A stretch of DNA of 64,000 nt, taken from the NCBI GenBank assembly GCA_030141605.1, contig JAQGDQ010000024.1, positions 992,001-1,056,000 on the forward strand, read 5' to 3'. Both the position numbers and the translations under genes were made by a program. The stretch is from Tubiluchus corallicola. Lineage: Eukaryota > Animalia > Priapulida. The notes beneath the pieces are model-generated. The model made no database searches and was not told the DNA's origin. It was given only the letters and a program-made list of their open reading frames with translations. Shown piece after piece: positions 24,701-38,400 of the stretch. Numbering within the stretch: the stretch's first letter is position 1; every line of letters starts with the position of its first letter.

Positions 24701-27700
24701 GCTTAAGTCAGCTACAAGTGAAAACCTGGTACCAAAACCGGCGTATGAAATGGAAGAAACAGGTAAAGTGACGTGTGATTTTTATGCAGCCTCATCTCAC
24801 CTCATCTCAACATCATATGACACACACTCATGTTCCGCCCGTTCATATCAGTGTTACTATATATTATGTATTATATATATTAAAAAGTATTCTGTCCGAT
24901 GACTGATGAGCAGTAGTAACAAAAAATATTCTCTCAACACCACTTTTTATCTGTCTCAACACCACAACAGGCCACAAGAAAGTGGTGTTGACAGAATCTT
25001 TCATTTCAATGCCCAGTCTCTCAATATTAGCAATTTACTTTGGAGTGAATTGCTAGATTGGAGTTATGGAGACGTCATGCACCTCATGCACAACTTCCAC
25101 ATAATTATTTACTCACATCTTACATTCATGTGATCTCAAGCCCTGTGATGTCATCTGCTCAAAAAATTTTTCTATTGAAAGAATATTTAACGGTCGAAAA
25201 ATCGATCATATTTCGGACGGAAATAGATTTTTCGCAATATAAAAACTCGGCTGAAATGATGGTAATAAGCTAGTTGTTCAAAGATTATAGACCCGCGTTT
25301 AATGAGCGACTTTAATAGAGCTATTCGCGTGAACGTAACCCAAAAACAATGACGTTCAGAAGGGTAAACTTCGCCTAGTGAACGTGATTAGGTCTATACG
25401 CCACATCAACCACTCCGCTAACATATGGTTTGGAAAACTCCATTAAAACTCCTATCAGTGACATTTTAACTGGCTTTAAACAAACACTTTAGTAAAGCAC
25501 GATTTAGGCTATTAAATCAATCAGCTGCTGCGGGGTTCTTGGAGCAGCGCCTGGAGGCAAACTTTGGCTAACTGCAAAAAATCAAGGAACCCAACGAGAA
25601 AACGGCACTAGAAACAGCACCACCGTCAGCACCCTCAACATTATCACGACCATAACCCCTGTGATCATCGTCACTGCTGACAAAATTGACCACTACACAA
25701 ACGACAGCCACAACTCTGTCACTAGTCCTGTGCTCACTGCTAATGATATTACTACCACTACTGCTTTGCCACGACCCTGCTATCGCGACTACCATCAACC
25801 CAGCATCATTATCATCACTATCCTATAATTAATGATGGTGGAACCTAATTACAGTAAAATGTGCTTATAATAGTTATGATCGACTATTGTGGTTCATTAG
25901 CTTCATAATTGATGTATGCCTTGAAGTTGTTAGTTAGGAAATGGAGAATCGACTAAAAATTTGATGAAATTTGCGCTCCTACTGCAGCCTAATAAGTCTA
26001 CCTTGAAATTTTACCGGAGATGCTCATAAATAAACAAACTGTCATCTACAGACCAGCATTAACCGCGTGTCAGTGTAAACACTGGTGGGACGTAGGGTAT
26101 TCACTGATGGTTTGAGGAGATGGGGCGGTATTGTCTGTCAACCACGCGGGGTTTCAGAAGTTTAGTCGGTGTAAATTTGCCCAAATCCTTTAACCGTGTT
26201 TTGTCAAGTGGCCGCTCGTAGAGAGTGAACAGGAGCTAATAATGTGCCGTAGAGAAGCTTGATATGTTATGTCAAGTGGCCAACCGACGTTAAGAGCTGC
26301 GGTTAGCAAAAGCTGGGCAAAGTAAACTATTTACTTGCACAGTTTGTCTTTTCCGCCAATTTATCGCTCCATAATTAACATTTAAGGCGTCCTGTTCTAA
26401 ACTCCGCTTGGTCTCTAGTAAATAATAGTTTATTTAGTTATCATTATTTATTTTATGCCTTGCGGCCCTATGACTGGATACATATAGGCATGTAAAGTAT
26501 TTTCTTTACGTAATATAAAGTAATTATAGTTTCGGTTTACATAGCGATGTAGGCTTAATAATCTTCTATATTGAAAATTATTTATTCCGCTACGCAAATT
26601 GACGTCGGCCCGTTTGACTACAATTATAATGAAGCTAAATTAACTAACAGTTGTGCAATATTTATAAAAAATAATAACAGCTATAATTTTCACACGCTTA
26701 TACTTTTCCTAAGCAAAGCTGTAAGAAAAGAGAATGAGGGATTCTAATTTTATAAGTAAAAATGCAGTCTATTAGTAATTAAAGTTCTTTCCTAGTGAAG
26801 CTCATATAAAAAGATACGATATTACTTTAGGTTTATTTTGATTTCGTATTAGAGGATGTGAAAATAACATAAACAGTACACAAATCTTTATGCCACCTGT
26901 GCTAAGTCAATGATCTTTCAGTGCAGATGGCTAAAATGACTTTGTTCAGAAAGATTGAAAATCATCATGTGAAGCCATTTTGCCTTTTCCCTGCAGAGCA
27001 GATGTGAATCCTCAAAACCACTTTAGCAAAATCAACATCAAAATCTGTTTTCAGAACATCAAATTTTCGCAGAGCAATAACGTTAATGAGTTAGTAAATT
27101 GCTTAAACTCGGCAGGTAATTTTTTCATCCTGATCAAAAAGCAGGAGGCTTCCACTTTGTCCTACTTGACTAGCCTACTTGATGGAAATGAGTATTTCGT
27201 TTCATCAAAACAACAAAGTTGAAATTACCTTTATTAAATCGAGCTAGACTACTAGAATCTGTAGATGTGGAAACGAGAAACCAAACCGTTTGTACAGATT
27301 TAAACAGTTTACGCCCACGCAGGTTCATTAGTAATAGAGACTCAGTAATCACTGCACATGTGCAACGCCAGCGCAGCTACTAAGCGCATATATCTTACAT
27401 TCAGTTTACACAAGTGGATTTTACAAATAACAGGAAAGCCAATATTCGTTGCAGATATTTGGAAATAAAAATAAGCGAGTCGGCTATTAAATCTAACCCC
27501 TTTCGCCCCGCTCTAGGCGGGATGCCAATTGATAATGGATATCAGGGTTTCGTACCGGAAGCGATCATTAGAGAAACACATGTAGTTAGTGACAATTGGC
27601 AGATGACTGGCATCCCCAGTCACGTGGTCTGCTCAGTAGAATGAAAAGCAGATTTCGTGTTTTTAATTTCTCATTTCAATCGCAGCGTGACTTTAAATTG

Positions 27701-28935
27701 TGTTTTCTCAAGCGTTGTAGAAATGAAAACGTGACAGCATAATACAGACAGGCGATTTGCAAAAATATGGTTCTCTATGGCTGTATAATTATGATTAATA
27801 TGCAAAAGCTGATAATCACTTACAACTTTAAAACAGTAGGACTTCACGGCTCAGTCTTAATTTCCTAACCTTTCACTTGTTTCGTTGTTGTGCGTATGAA
27901 AGTTAAATATAAGTGTCAATAAAAAATAAACTTTAACCCCGAAAATGAGATAAATACTGGCTTATTTTTTATGTTATACTCACGTATAAACTAATTTCAT
28001 CATCCTATTCTTCCCTATTTACGTCAAAGTTTAAACAAACAGATGCTGTATAACATATAATTTTATGTCATGTTGTTCTTAAAAAACAGTTTAATAAACC
28101 TGGATTTCCCTTAAGTGGTGTACCTTTCAAGAGAAAGTGCCAGTGACATTTTGTATATATTTAGCAGTGATTATACGACTAAGCATGAATAATATTGAAA
28201 GTGATGGTGTAAAAATCAATCACATATGTAGCCACGAAAAGCGGCAACATTCCATAAACATTGCACGTAAATAAGTACGCAAATGTTTCCGGACCCCCTA
28301 TAGAAATCTTACAACAAAAATTAGGCATGTTGAAAAGACCTTGGCTCAGTAATAGCATTTGCAATGTTGATACGAAACGTGTGTATAAGTAAGTTGCGTA
28401 AATTCGAAAATGTCAAAATTCAGACTGTTTAATAGGTTTTGTTGACCATGTAAAAATTTAACCATACTGGCATTCTAGCACGAAATCGATGATGCATCGC
28501 CTGAAATTGACTGACAGAAATGATTTGTAGGTTTAATATGAATTTTGATCTATGTAAAGTTCTTAATATGGAACACAATTTTCATAAAAAACTTTGCAAA
28601 CTTAATGCTGCACCTAATTTTTACTAAACTTGAACTTTTTACGATTGTTCCAGGTTTTACAAGGAGGCGGCCTAGAAGCGCCCACTAAACCAAAAGGCAG
28701 ACCAAAGAAAGCGGGGTCGTTGCCAAAAGAAAGTGGAAGTCGGACGTTCACAACAGAAACGCAGAACAATCTTACTAAACGCACGCCGTTTTCCGCGAAA
28801 GAGTGGTGTTCAAATGACACTACGGATTCCGTCAATGATGAACTATCGCCTGATGTGGCTATAGTGTCTAATGATGATGATGATGATTCTGTCAAACGCA
28901 GCAAAAAACATAAAGATTTAAAAGACGAATTCTGA
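18765..28935 (+). CDS. BARX: BarX-family (BarH-class, NKL) homeobox transcription factor, ~312 aa, 4 coding exons
   Basis: Exons 18765-19128, 24280-24451, 24642-24762, 28654-28935. ATG in caacATGg context with an in-frame upstream TAG at 18732. eh1-like FMIKDIL. Homeodomain [59 protein letters not shown] with BarH-class T47/Y49, followed by the Barx-diagnostic [19 protein letters not shown] and an acidic C-terminal patch. Confidence 0.96.
19685..19980. repeat. Near-perfect 148-bp tandem duplication in BarX intron 1
   Basis: acatgtatatacac(c/t)agagtgaagaaaatggtg...taatgctcttaa occurs at 19685-19832 and 19833-19980, with one visible mismatch. Confidence 0.95.
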
Positions 28936-29069
28936 AAACACCGTGCAACGTTTTTAAAAACTAATATCATATAGAGCGCCAAGAGAACCAATTGTGTGCT
29001 TTACGTTTTGAATCTCCTAAACCGCCTTTCCAGTTTGTTTTTTATAACGTACCTAATTTATATGAGATC

Positions 29070-29144
29070 ACTAATGTATAAGTGACGTATACGTATTACT
29101 AATGTATAAGTGACGTATATGTATTATTGTATAATGTATAAGTG
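29070..29144. repeat. 28-bp tandem repeat in the BarX 3' UTR region
   Basis: actaatgtataagtgacgtatacgtatt at 29070 and 29098, plus a partial third copy. Confidence 0.8.
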
Positions 29145-30099
29145 TTTGCAAAATTTTCACAATTTACCATGACATACCGAAATCGTGATAACAAAGATAA
29201 ATGCATACTTTACTTAGTTTTAACACTATTATCTAGAAATTGGTTGGAAGACTTGGAGTTTCGGGAGCAAAAAATTTAAATTTCGTTAATTTTCGCATAC
29301 AGCTCTGCTGGCCAGTATTACGGCTTAAAAATGTGCAACGTTTTATAATAATAATAATAATAATAAAAAATATTATTATTATTATTATTATTATAGTAAT
29401 AATACAAAAAAAAAACAAAAAATACATTTTTTGCCTCATCTACTACGTTTAGTGAGAACTGTCTACATACCTATAATTGTTACCCAACGAATGCTGTACT
29501 ATTATACAGAAAAAAGAACTATTTTGGGAGCTCTTATAATGTAATGTTTTGTTAATTATTTTAAAAGTAAGATAATTTGATAATTTACAATAGAAATTTG
29601 GCCTACATAATACATTAGACTTAACACCTATATTTAACAACTATTGGATAAACGAACCAAAGACAAAAAATGACAGTGTAACTTGCAAATGAACCAGTAA
29701 GTTGGTGAGGAAAGAAAATTTGGCTGGGATGGAAATCACCCGCCCTCATCCGCGCAATGTGCATCTCCCAAATCGTTTAGGTTTGACTCTTGTAAGATTG
29801 CTAATATCAAGGAGCAAGTTACATTGTGAGTTCGATTGATTAGGTTTAAATTCAAACACCAGCTGCCATAGAGAGTAGTTCTATCTGTGCCATTATTGCA
29901 TGTGACTTCCTGTCCTTATTCGTACGATTTGTAATAAGCAACTTATTAAGTATGTGCATTAAATATGAGAAGGATAGAAGTTCTTGTTATCTATTAACCA
30001 TTTTGTATATTTGCATAAGTGTACACCTCATATACATCTATTATGTAATGACTGCAGACTTCTTATACAGTTCAATGTGACTGGTATGCACACGAATAA

Positions 30100-30363
30100 C
30101 ACCAGTTATTATTATCCTTGCATCAAGCCGGATGTCCGCCAACTGACGTCAAACATTTTAGTCTATCGCTCCACCTCCGCTGTAAGGTAGGCACGCTCAA
30201 CGGGAACAACAGCTCACGCTGCTGGACAACTGTCTAAACTAAACAACTAAACTAAACTAAACTAAACTAAACTAAACTAAACTAAACTAAACTAAACTAA
30301 ACTAAACTAAACTAAACTAAACTAAACTAAACTAAACTAAACTAAACTAAACTAAACTAAACT
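30100..30363 (+). mobile_element. Probable 5'-truncated non-LTR retroelement 3' end with a (CTAAA)n tail
   Basis: GC-richer ~130-bp segment ending abruptly in ~25 copies of ctaaa (30234-30363); microsatellite tails are typical of CR1/L2/RTE-type elements. The microsatellite is certain; the retroelement origin is inferred. Confidence 0.5.
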
Positions 30364-31145
30364 AGTCTAATCAGCAGATAAACTGATTGCACTTTTTTGC
30401 AGAGCAGCAGCTAGTATTATATTGATCTATAATATAGGTTTTGACCACATTTGAATTAAATTTGACTATGAATATCTCATTGAGGTTTATAAAAACTGGC
30501 CAGAAAAGAAAACATTTTGATTTGTCCTTATTCAAAGTTAATCAAATAGTTGTTTTGATCTAACTTGCAAAGCCATAAACTAAACGTATTTTCTTGATTG
30601 CAAAATGATTTGACAATAACTCATAGACGTAAGCATTGTGCATTTCTGCCTATATATGAAACTGGACTATATATTTCCACTAATTCACTTGCATTTTCAA
30701 TTGACAATAGTTGTAACTAAGCCAATGTTTCTCCCGCTAACTAATGAAAAGTTGAGCATTTTTCATAAGTGTTAGACAGAGCTGTAGTTAAATGTTCCGA
30801 ACGTACCTGCATTAAAGTAAGCTATGCAGGGGTGTGAAAGAATTTGCAACGCTGATTGGGTCAACTAAAATGATTGACATTATGTTAAACATCAATTACA
30901 CGATGGTCAAATGCGACATTCCAGGCACTGGAGTTCTCACAGACATAAAACCATGCTCGGCGATAGGTTTAATGTTGCTCCACTTAAGAGTATGAAACGA
31001 CTTAAGAAGATGTTATAACATCGAGGCAAATTTTAACTTTGTCGATAAGTTCGTATGGGCTCTGTGAAATCTGACGACCAAAACTGGCCTTTAATGTCAA
31101 TGTTTACTAGGGAGTGAATGCTAACAGAAAATGTTACTGTAATCG

Positions 31146-31252
31146 GCTCAACTGATTCAACTCAACTGCTCTAATATGCTCAACTGATTCAACTAAACTG
31201 CTCTAATATACTTAAGTAATTCAACTTAATTGATCTAATATGCTTAACTGAT
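31146..31252. repeat. 32-bp minisatellite, ~3.3 copies
   Basis: gctcaactgattcaactcaactgctctaatat repeated with progressive divergence. Confidence 0.8.
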
Positions 31253-32425
31253 AATTAATTATCGCATTGAAAAATGTGTTATTAATTCTACATATTCTCT
31301 ATGACTTCTACTGGGACAGGCTAACAATCATTGCATTGAAGACTAATGTTACTTAAAAAATCATCAGCTATAATGAAAATACACTGGAAAGGCACACAAT
31401 AAGAAGTTTCCTGTATTCTTTGAAACGGGATATATTATAAAACCATTAGTTCAACAATAATTTCAACATATAAGAAACTGTTTAAACGACTTATTGCCAT
31501 CTACTGACAAGAACAATTGTAAGATTAGATTTTTGACTGATCTATTATTTCTATTATACAAGAAAATAAAAGATTAACACATTACCTAATTAACATATTT
31601 TAATGTCATCAATTCCTCCATTGAACCCAGGGGCCTCCCAACTGCTTACCGGTAGTCAATAGGCTACATAGGCTACACATTAAATTACTGAGTAGGACTG
31701 TCATTTTGCTGTAGGCTTTAATGATGTCAAAATCATTAATGAGTGTCCATCATTACTAATTACTACATATAGAGAGACATCCTAGCATAATACAGAAGTC
31801 AGATATGGAACCCGATACATCATGTAATGCTTTTGGTAGTGATTATACATAAATGAGAAATCTACTGTGAAAGTGCAATTTGCTACAATTACTATGGTGC
31901 ACTTAGAACCTATGTAGTTACACAGCAGACTGAGATGCACATTCTTCTATGTTAAGTTTAAGCACGTCTAAAAAGCACAGGCGACACAACAAGTTATGTT
32001 TAAACACAAAACAGAAACAAATTTTAAAAATTATTTGTTTTATATTAAAAATTCATGATTATTTGAAGTTACTTTATTTACCATGAAAAGTCATTTTATA
32101 TTTTTCACTGTAAAATCTTTGTGTGCAACAGTTAAATATAAATAAATCTAAAGCTAAGATCTCATCATAAGTAAGTAAAACGACACTGTATAAAAATATA
32201 TTAAGTTGTTTAACATCATTTTAATATTGTTTATACTACCATTCTGGCAAGTTGAAATAGGGAAGCAGTTTTCTTGTTTTTGAAATTCAACACATAAACA
32301 ATTTACATCTAAATACAAAAATAAAAACCAAATAAAGTTAAGCTTTAGCATGAATTCGTTAAATACATTACATAGAACCTGAATAGGATGAGGTATCAGT
32401 GCAAGAATTGTAATATCAATCAGTG

Positions 32426-35400
32426 CTATAGCCTGAGTTCGTGAGCATCCTGCAGTACTCCCTGGTCACCTGCTTCTGGGTGCTGCTGGTGAAGAACATG
32501 TCTTGAAGCCGGACTCGTGCAATTTGCTTCAACTAGCTTCGTGGTATCTGAAGCAGCTTCAATGCTAATTCTCTGTTTGCGGTGCAAATCAGAGAAGTAT
32601 AGTACCTAAAAGAACATGTTACAGAACATTAAAAGAATGCATAGAAATGTTTATTCAAGCTCAGCATTGACATTTATGTTGTCCTAATTCATGCCTTGAC
32701 TAAGGCAGTTATGAAATTAGATAGGAACTGGTTGATATGATTATTGTTTAATTCAGATAGTACAAAAAAGGAAAAACTGCAAGTCAGAAGCACAGCAAAT
32801 TTTAGAACACATACATAACAATGAAATTTAAATTCTTTTGCCATTGTTTTAGATCATAATTTGTCAGAGTTTAAATGTATAAGTACACACTGAGTTTTTG
32901 GCAAAACTTATTTTATGGCAAATATTAGAATCACGGGCCTACTGAGGGCCTGATTTAAATTCTAGTGAAATAAATTTAGTGACAGTGTCCATGCTGTTGC
33001 TTCGATCACATCATAAAATTTTGTAGAAATTGTCCAAATAGTATAAAAATGCAAAAGATGAAAGTGTGTAGAATAAAACTTGTCAGCAATTTTATATGCT
33101 GCATCCCTCATGCTGATCTGCAGAACAGATGTTGGGATGGTAAAGAACACCTGTCCATGTCGCTACTGAAGTATGGAACCTATGCATTCTGCATGCTGGA
33201 TTACTTATACGTGCTAGTATGCATAATCTTCATGATGGACAGAAACTTTGCAATATAAAGTGCGGTGGTGAAAATAAATGGCATTTCGCTTAATGTACAG
33301 TATTATGAAGCCACCAGCTACACTTATGTAAAATTAGAAATTAGCAAAAGTGAGACAAAACAAAAAGAAGTCTGGATCATATTTTCTTAATGAAATAGAA
33401 AAGTTTCTGCTAATAGGTAACAAAACTTAAATTGTCGTTCCAAACATTCCCCATGCAATTTCACACACATTTCACTGTACAAAAAAAAAACTGAAAGACT
33501 ACAATGGGAAGTTTTGCAAATAACAGCAAAAATTCTCCTTGACAAGTTTCTGGCAGAAAACATTCAATCAGGGTTTAGGAACCGAAGAGTCAAAATGCTG
33601 ACGATGATATACAGTTTTTGAGCAAAATTTTTGTATTTTCTGGACACTGAACTATTTTCCATGTGTTGGATAGGATATTTGCTGGAAAGGTTGCTGAAGC
33701 TAACTAGTTTTAGAGGCAAGCTATAGCTTTAAGAGAAAATCACTACAGTAGGAGAGATTAAATAAATAATAAGAGTATCATTTAGAGTTTAAAGATAGTT
33801 TCTCATAAGATGTATGCATCTTGTGAACGTCTTGATTTTAAGGCCCAAGAACAAGATTACGGCAACAAAAGTTTTGTTTTATCCATCAAAAAACTTGCAC
33901 AACAAGTACTTCAAACAATTTTAACATACAATCCAAGCAAAACAGTGTTAATTCAGAAACATTTTGCTTTTAGAACTCATTAATTAGCTTTACCGTCACA
34001 CAAGCTGTAAAAATTCCTTGCAGGGATCCAACAAGGACATCACTCCAGTGGTGTTTATTGTCAGAAATGCGTGACATAGCCGTGAAATATGCCATTAGTA
34101 AAACAGCAACCTGTATTGTGTGCTTTAGTAATCTGCTTCCCTTCCAAGTCATGCGAACTTGTAAATATAGCTGAAAAGTAAATCAGTTAAAAATATACTA
34201 ACACTGCAGATTAAAGCCTACAGATATACACTTATACTTAGCTTTCAACTAGTGCAGGGCTAAGTTTACGCTATATAATTTCGTAGGCTTATCCTCATGA
34301 TATGCGACAAATATTAATGGTATGGTTTAAATGTATCCATATCCACTATTCATTGTCCAGCTCCAATGCCACTGCATATAATAATCTAAGAATTTACGAG
34401 GCATGCACTGCTTCTTTATTGACATTCTTACTATCATATTTTGTAGTGTTCTTTTTTTTTGAATTTAGTTTTTACATAATGCCTTCCTTATCATTGCATA
34501 TTTTATAATTATTACTATATCATTTTTATCACAGGTATTGCTGTTTTTATTTTTGAAAATTTTCAGCATGTTGTCTTTATAATTTAATACCTTTTACTGG
34601 TAGTACTTGTGATAAATACATTTTTGCATTCGCACAATTGTGTTTTTGTACCTCATTTTCTTTGTGAATGTTGTCAATTTCAATAGTTTCTTTTCTATTG
34701 TGTTTATTTACTTTTTTATATTTAAATATCGCAAATCAGTGACATACAACTGTTACAATTGTTATTCTTAACAATATTTTTTATTATAAAAACATGGTTT
34801 ATTTTCAGTATATTCACGCAATGTCTGATCTCAATCACATTTTAAGCTAAAATTTGTAGTACTAAAAACATTTACTTAACAGCTGTACAATTAAATGTGG
34901 AATGTAATACACATTTAATTTTAATACACACGAAATATATGAAACATGAAAAAAACATTTATTTATACAAAAACATGACTAAGTTTAATGGTACTTACAG
35001 CTAGGAATGTCATACAGTAAAATGAGAATGATGCATGGCCCGACATGAAAGACAATCTGTAAAGAAGTAACACTTATTGTAACATGTCACTATCACCAGA
35101 TCGTGTAATGGCTAGTGTGTACACTTTTCATCTGGGAGGCATAAAGTTCAACTCCACAGTTTGGTGAAAGTAGTATAATTATTTTTTCTGCAAAGCATAC
35201 AGTTCACTACTTTTTATTGTTAATCGCTTATTTTCACAATTAAAAACAATATTACGTCAATTTACAAACATTAATATATATATATATATATATATAAAAT
35301 ATCGCAAAATATATATATATATATATATAGCCTGCATTGTACAACAATGTATCATCTAGTGGCAAAGTAGCAAAATCATGCATAAATGAGTCCTTCAGAA

Positions 35401-38400
35401 TTTATTTGGAATTTCAATTACTATGAGTACTGATAATGCGAAGATGCAAAACTTACAAGAATCAACATTTTACTGAAAAATAGAGTCCTATAAATTCGGA
35501 GCTCGGAGACACGTTGCCATAGCAGGTTCTTACATCAAAGTGTAAAATCACGAATTCTAACAATAACTATACCTAAAGTTCAATCAGAATTTCTCTTAAT
35601 GTTGTTTACTTGGAAAGTGAATAAAATAATTGCACAAGGTTGTAGTTTTACTAGTGTACCTATTTTATATGTTATATAGTAGAACCTATTCTGTGTAGTC
35701 GCAGATATTAGCAACAATACTTCTGCTAAAGATTTCTGTTCTTATCTTTATAGACGCATTGTTGTTATTGTTGGGAGTAATTATAAATTTACCAATAAAC
35801 ACCGTTATTTCATAAGTAAACTGCATCTTAACTCTACAGAACTGTTTAAGACATTTGATAACCATTGTTTCTACTCCTTTCACAAAATTAAAAGATGACG
35901 TAATACTACATCATTGACTAAAAAACACACAAGCAAAATGACAACTAAAGACTAGGAATTACAAGGTTTACCTGGCTTCTCGAATTTTCTCTTCATCTCC
36001 AGTACAAACATCTTCCAGCACATAAATGTATTCTCCAGAGTGTTTGCACAAATCGTCAGACAATTCTGGTGCACAAACATCAAACCAATGTGGTCGCAAA
36101 CGCCCAATGGAATATTTTGCAAAGTCTGTTATAGTATGACTTAGAGCAGCACCAAACAGAAACACGCCTAAAATTGACAAAGAAACCTAAGATTAAAATG
36201 TATATATGGATTTACGACAAAGTTATGCTTACTTGAAAAAGATGGTAGCTCATTAAACAGTTTCTAACATTCAATACCACTAAATTCCATTATAAGGAAA
36301 TAGTAAAACAAACATTACAGAAGAAAAAAATTTGGTGAACATAAATATAAGAAATATCCTTTACATTATCACTGCACTACATACGAGTTTAGTGAAGTAG
36401 ACAGACAGTTAGTTTGAAATATCATTATATGACGATTCACAGATTGAGGAATGAGTAAGTTCATTTGCCGATGCCACACTGATTCTGCTGCTACCTCATA
36501 CATATAAATATTACACCAGAAAACTGTGACACCTCTCTCAGTTTGGTGGCTAATCTTAGATGGATTCCGAGAGCTGAATCTGTATGTCAAATAACAGAAT
36601 GCACTCGAGCTGCTAAAACGCTTGGTTTTTCAAATTGAAATTTTCATTTTAAATCTTTCGTTTTTCATGGCTAAAGCCTTGTTGGTTTGTCATGCTTTAG
36701 CTTGTTGAGATTATCTTGTGCTCAAGGACCCACTGATGCTTATTGCCTGCAACAAATTCTGACAAAACATTTGCCTTCTTACAATTATACAACGTGTAAA
36801 TGTTGTAAGTGCAAATGAAGTACTTCTTGCAGCAAATAAAATATGCAAATATTGTGATTTGTGACAGTCAGTAAACATACTATCTCTAAAGGGGTTAAGA
36901 CAGCCACAAAACCGACTGCTGCTGTTAGTATATACTAACCTATAGTTTTGTAACACCACCAAACAAGAGGATGAATTGCTTTATCACCAATAAAATATCT
37001 CCCATTCTGTCGATACTTTTTTTCACAGTAAATCCATTGTGTTACTTCACATACACAAATCTGGAGAAAAAATGCATTATAATTACATAATGCCATACTC
37101 TCTTTACTACGAAATCTTAAAATATAAAGATCTTTCAACAAACTGCAATCAACTGAAATGTAGTTAAGAATGCCTGAGCTACATGACTGTGTTAAAAAAA
37201 TAGAAAACTTAAAAGAGGACTAATAATTAATTTTTTACTTAGTGAACTCAAAAAGTTTTCTCCAAGATCCCCAATAGAGCCAACTGGAACAATATTTGTC
37301 AGTTACAACTCAAAAACACAAGTGCAGATAACTATACATAAGTTTTTATCAACGAACAATGTCTTTCCATCTGAGTTGTTTATACATACATTCAAATTAA
37401 GATCGATGAAAATTAAAGCTCTGTTAATCTATTATACATACTTACCATCAAAATTGGCAGTGACAATCCCACGGAGAAAAGAACAGCAGAAGTAATTGTA
37501 CTGTCATAATAAGGTAATTTTAGACTTTCATCATTGCAAAAGAAACCTCTGCGAAATGGTACTCCCAAAAACTTGAATAGTGGAATGGGTATGAACACTA
37601 GAATACAAATAGAACACAAATCAGTAGAGACTATTGCTGAGGGAGGGCAAATAAAAAAATGTAAGCATTTTTATTAACTTTTTTAGTTACGGACCTTTCT
37701 GTTAAGGTGCAACAGTTGTGCTTTGTATGAATCAGCAATAGATAAGTTGTGGAAATTCAATAGCAATGTTAATGATGTTGTGACGCTACCTTATATTATA
37801 CTGTTTAGTTTACAAGTAAAAGCATTGAGTGCTTTCACTCTGCAACGAGCATGCTACAGTAACACATATATGTATGTATATATATATATATATATATAAG
37901 GCATATATCTCCGTATATATCTCCATATATAATCTCCGTACTAATTTCTGTATATATATGGAAATTGGTATGGACAAGTAGTTTAGGAAAAGCATTTGCC
38001 CAATGATAGTGCTTTCAATATATACTGGTGTAACAGACGCTGTAGTAAATTTCGTGCTGTTCATTTCATCTGCTCCAAAGATTTTAAACAGAATGTGCTG
38101 GTGGGTTTCATAGATGAATTTTGTCTGTAGTGTCTATGAAAAAGTTTACATCTGACTATTTGGCTTGCTGTTGTTTTGCTCACATTAACGTCAACTTGCT
38201 GGTGATCTCAAGATTGGGGCAATGATGTAAGTAGTTATAATGTTTAGTACCTTGTACAGCCAAATGGCTAACTCTTAAGGCTGTAAGCATGTCATTAGAA
38301 ACAGTTCACACCCAATGTGATACTTAAAATGCAAATTTTCTGGGAAGGTTTTTCTGTAAAATTTAATAATTACAATAATGATTTTGTTTACGCTTACTAA

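Noticed and set aside
25568-25830. Long stop-free Thr/Ser-rich frame and antisense 76-aa ORF in BarX intron 3
   Set aside because: Decayed trinucleotide low-complexity tract (cac/cat/act), which is naturally stop-poor; no convincing splice sites.
28614-28991. 125-aa antisense ORF (likewise 11111-11389, 18731-18934, 24181-24366, 44825-45205)
   Set aside because: Shadows of real exons on the opposite strand; no recognisable motifs.
29233-29452. Poly-Ile ORFs on both strands (also poly-Ile/poly-Met at 46028-46447)
   Set aside because: Translations of (AAT)n/(ATT)n and (ATC)n microsatellites.
30234-30363. (CTAAA)n as a telomeric or interstitial telomeric repeat
   Set aside because: The reverse complement TTTAG does not match TTAGGG or TTAGG; better explained as a microsatellite or retroelement tail.
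31612-31678. tRNA gene candidate (minus strand gggttcaat B-box-like)
   Set aside because: No cloverleaf; at most another SINE fragment.
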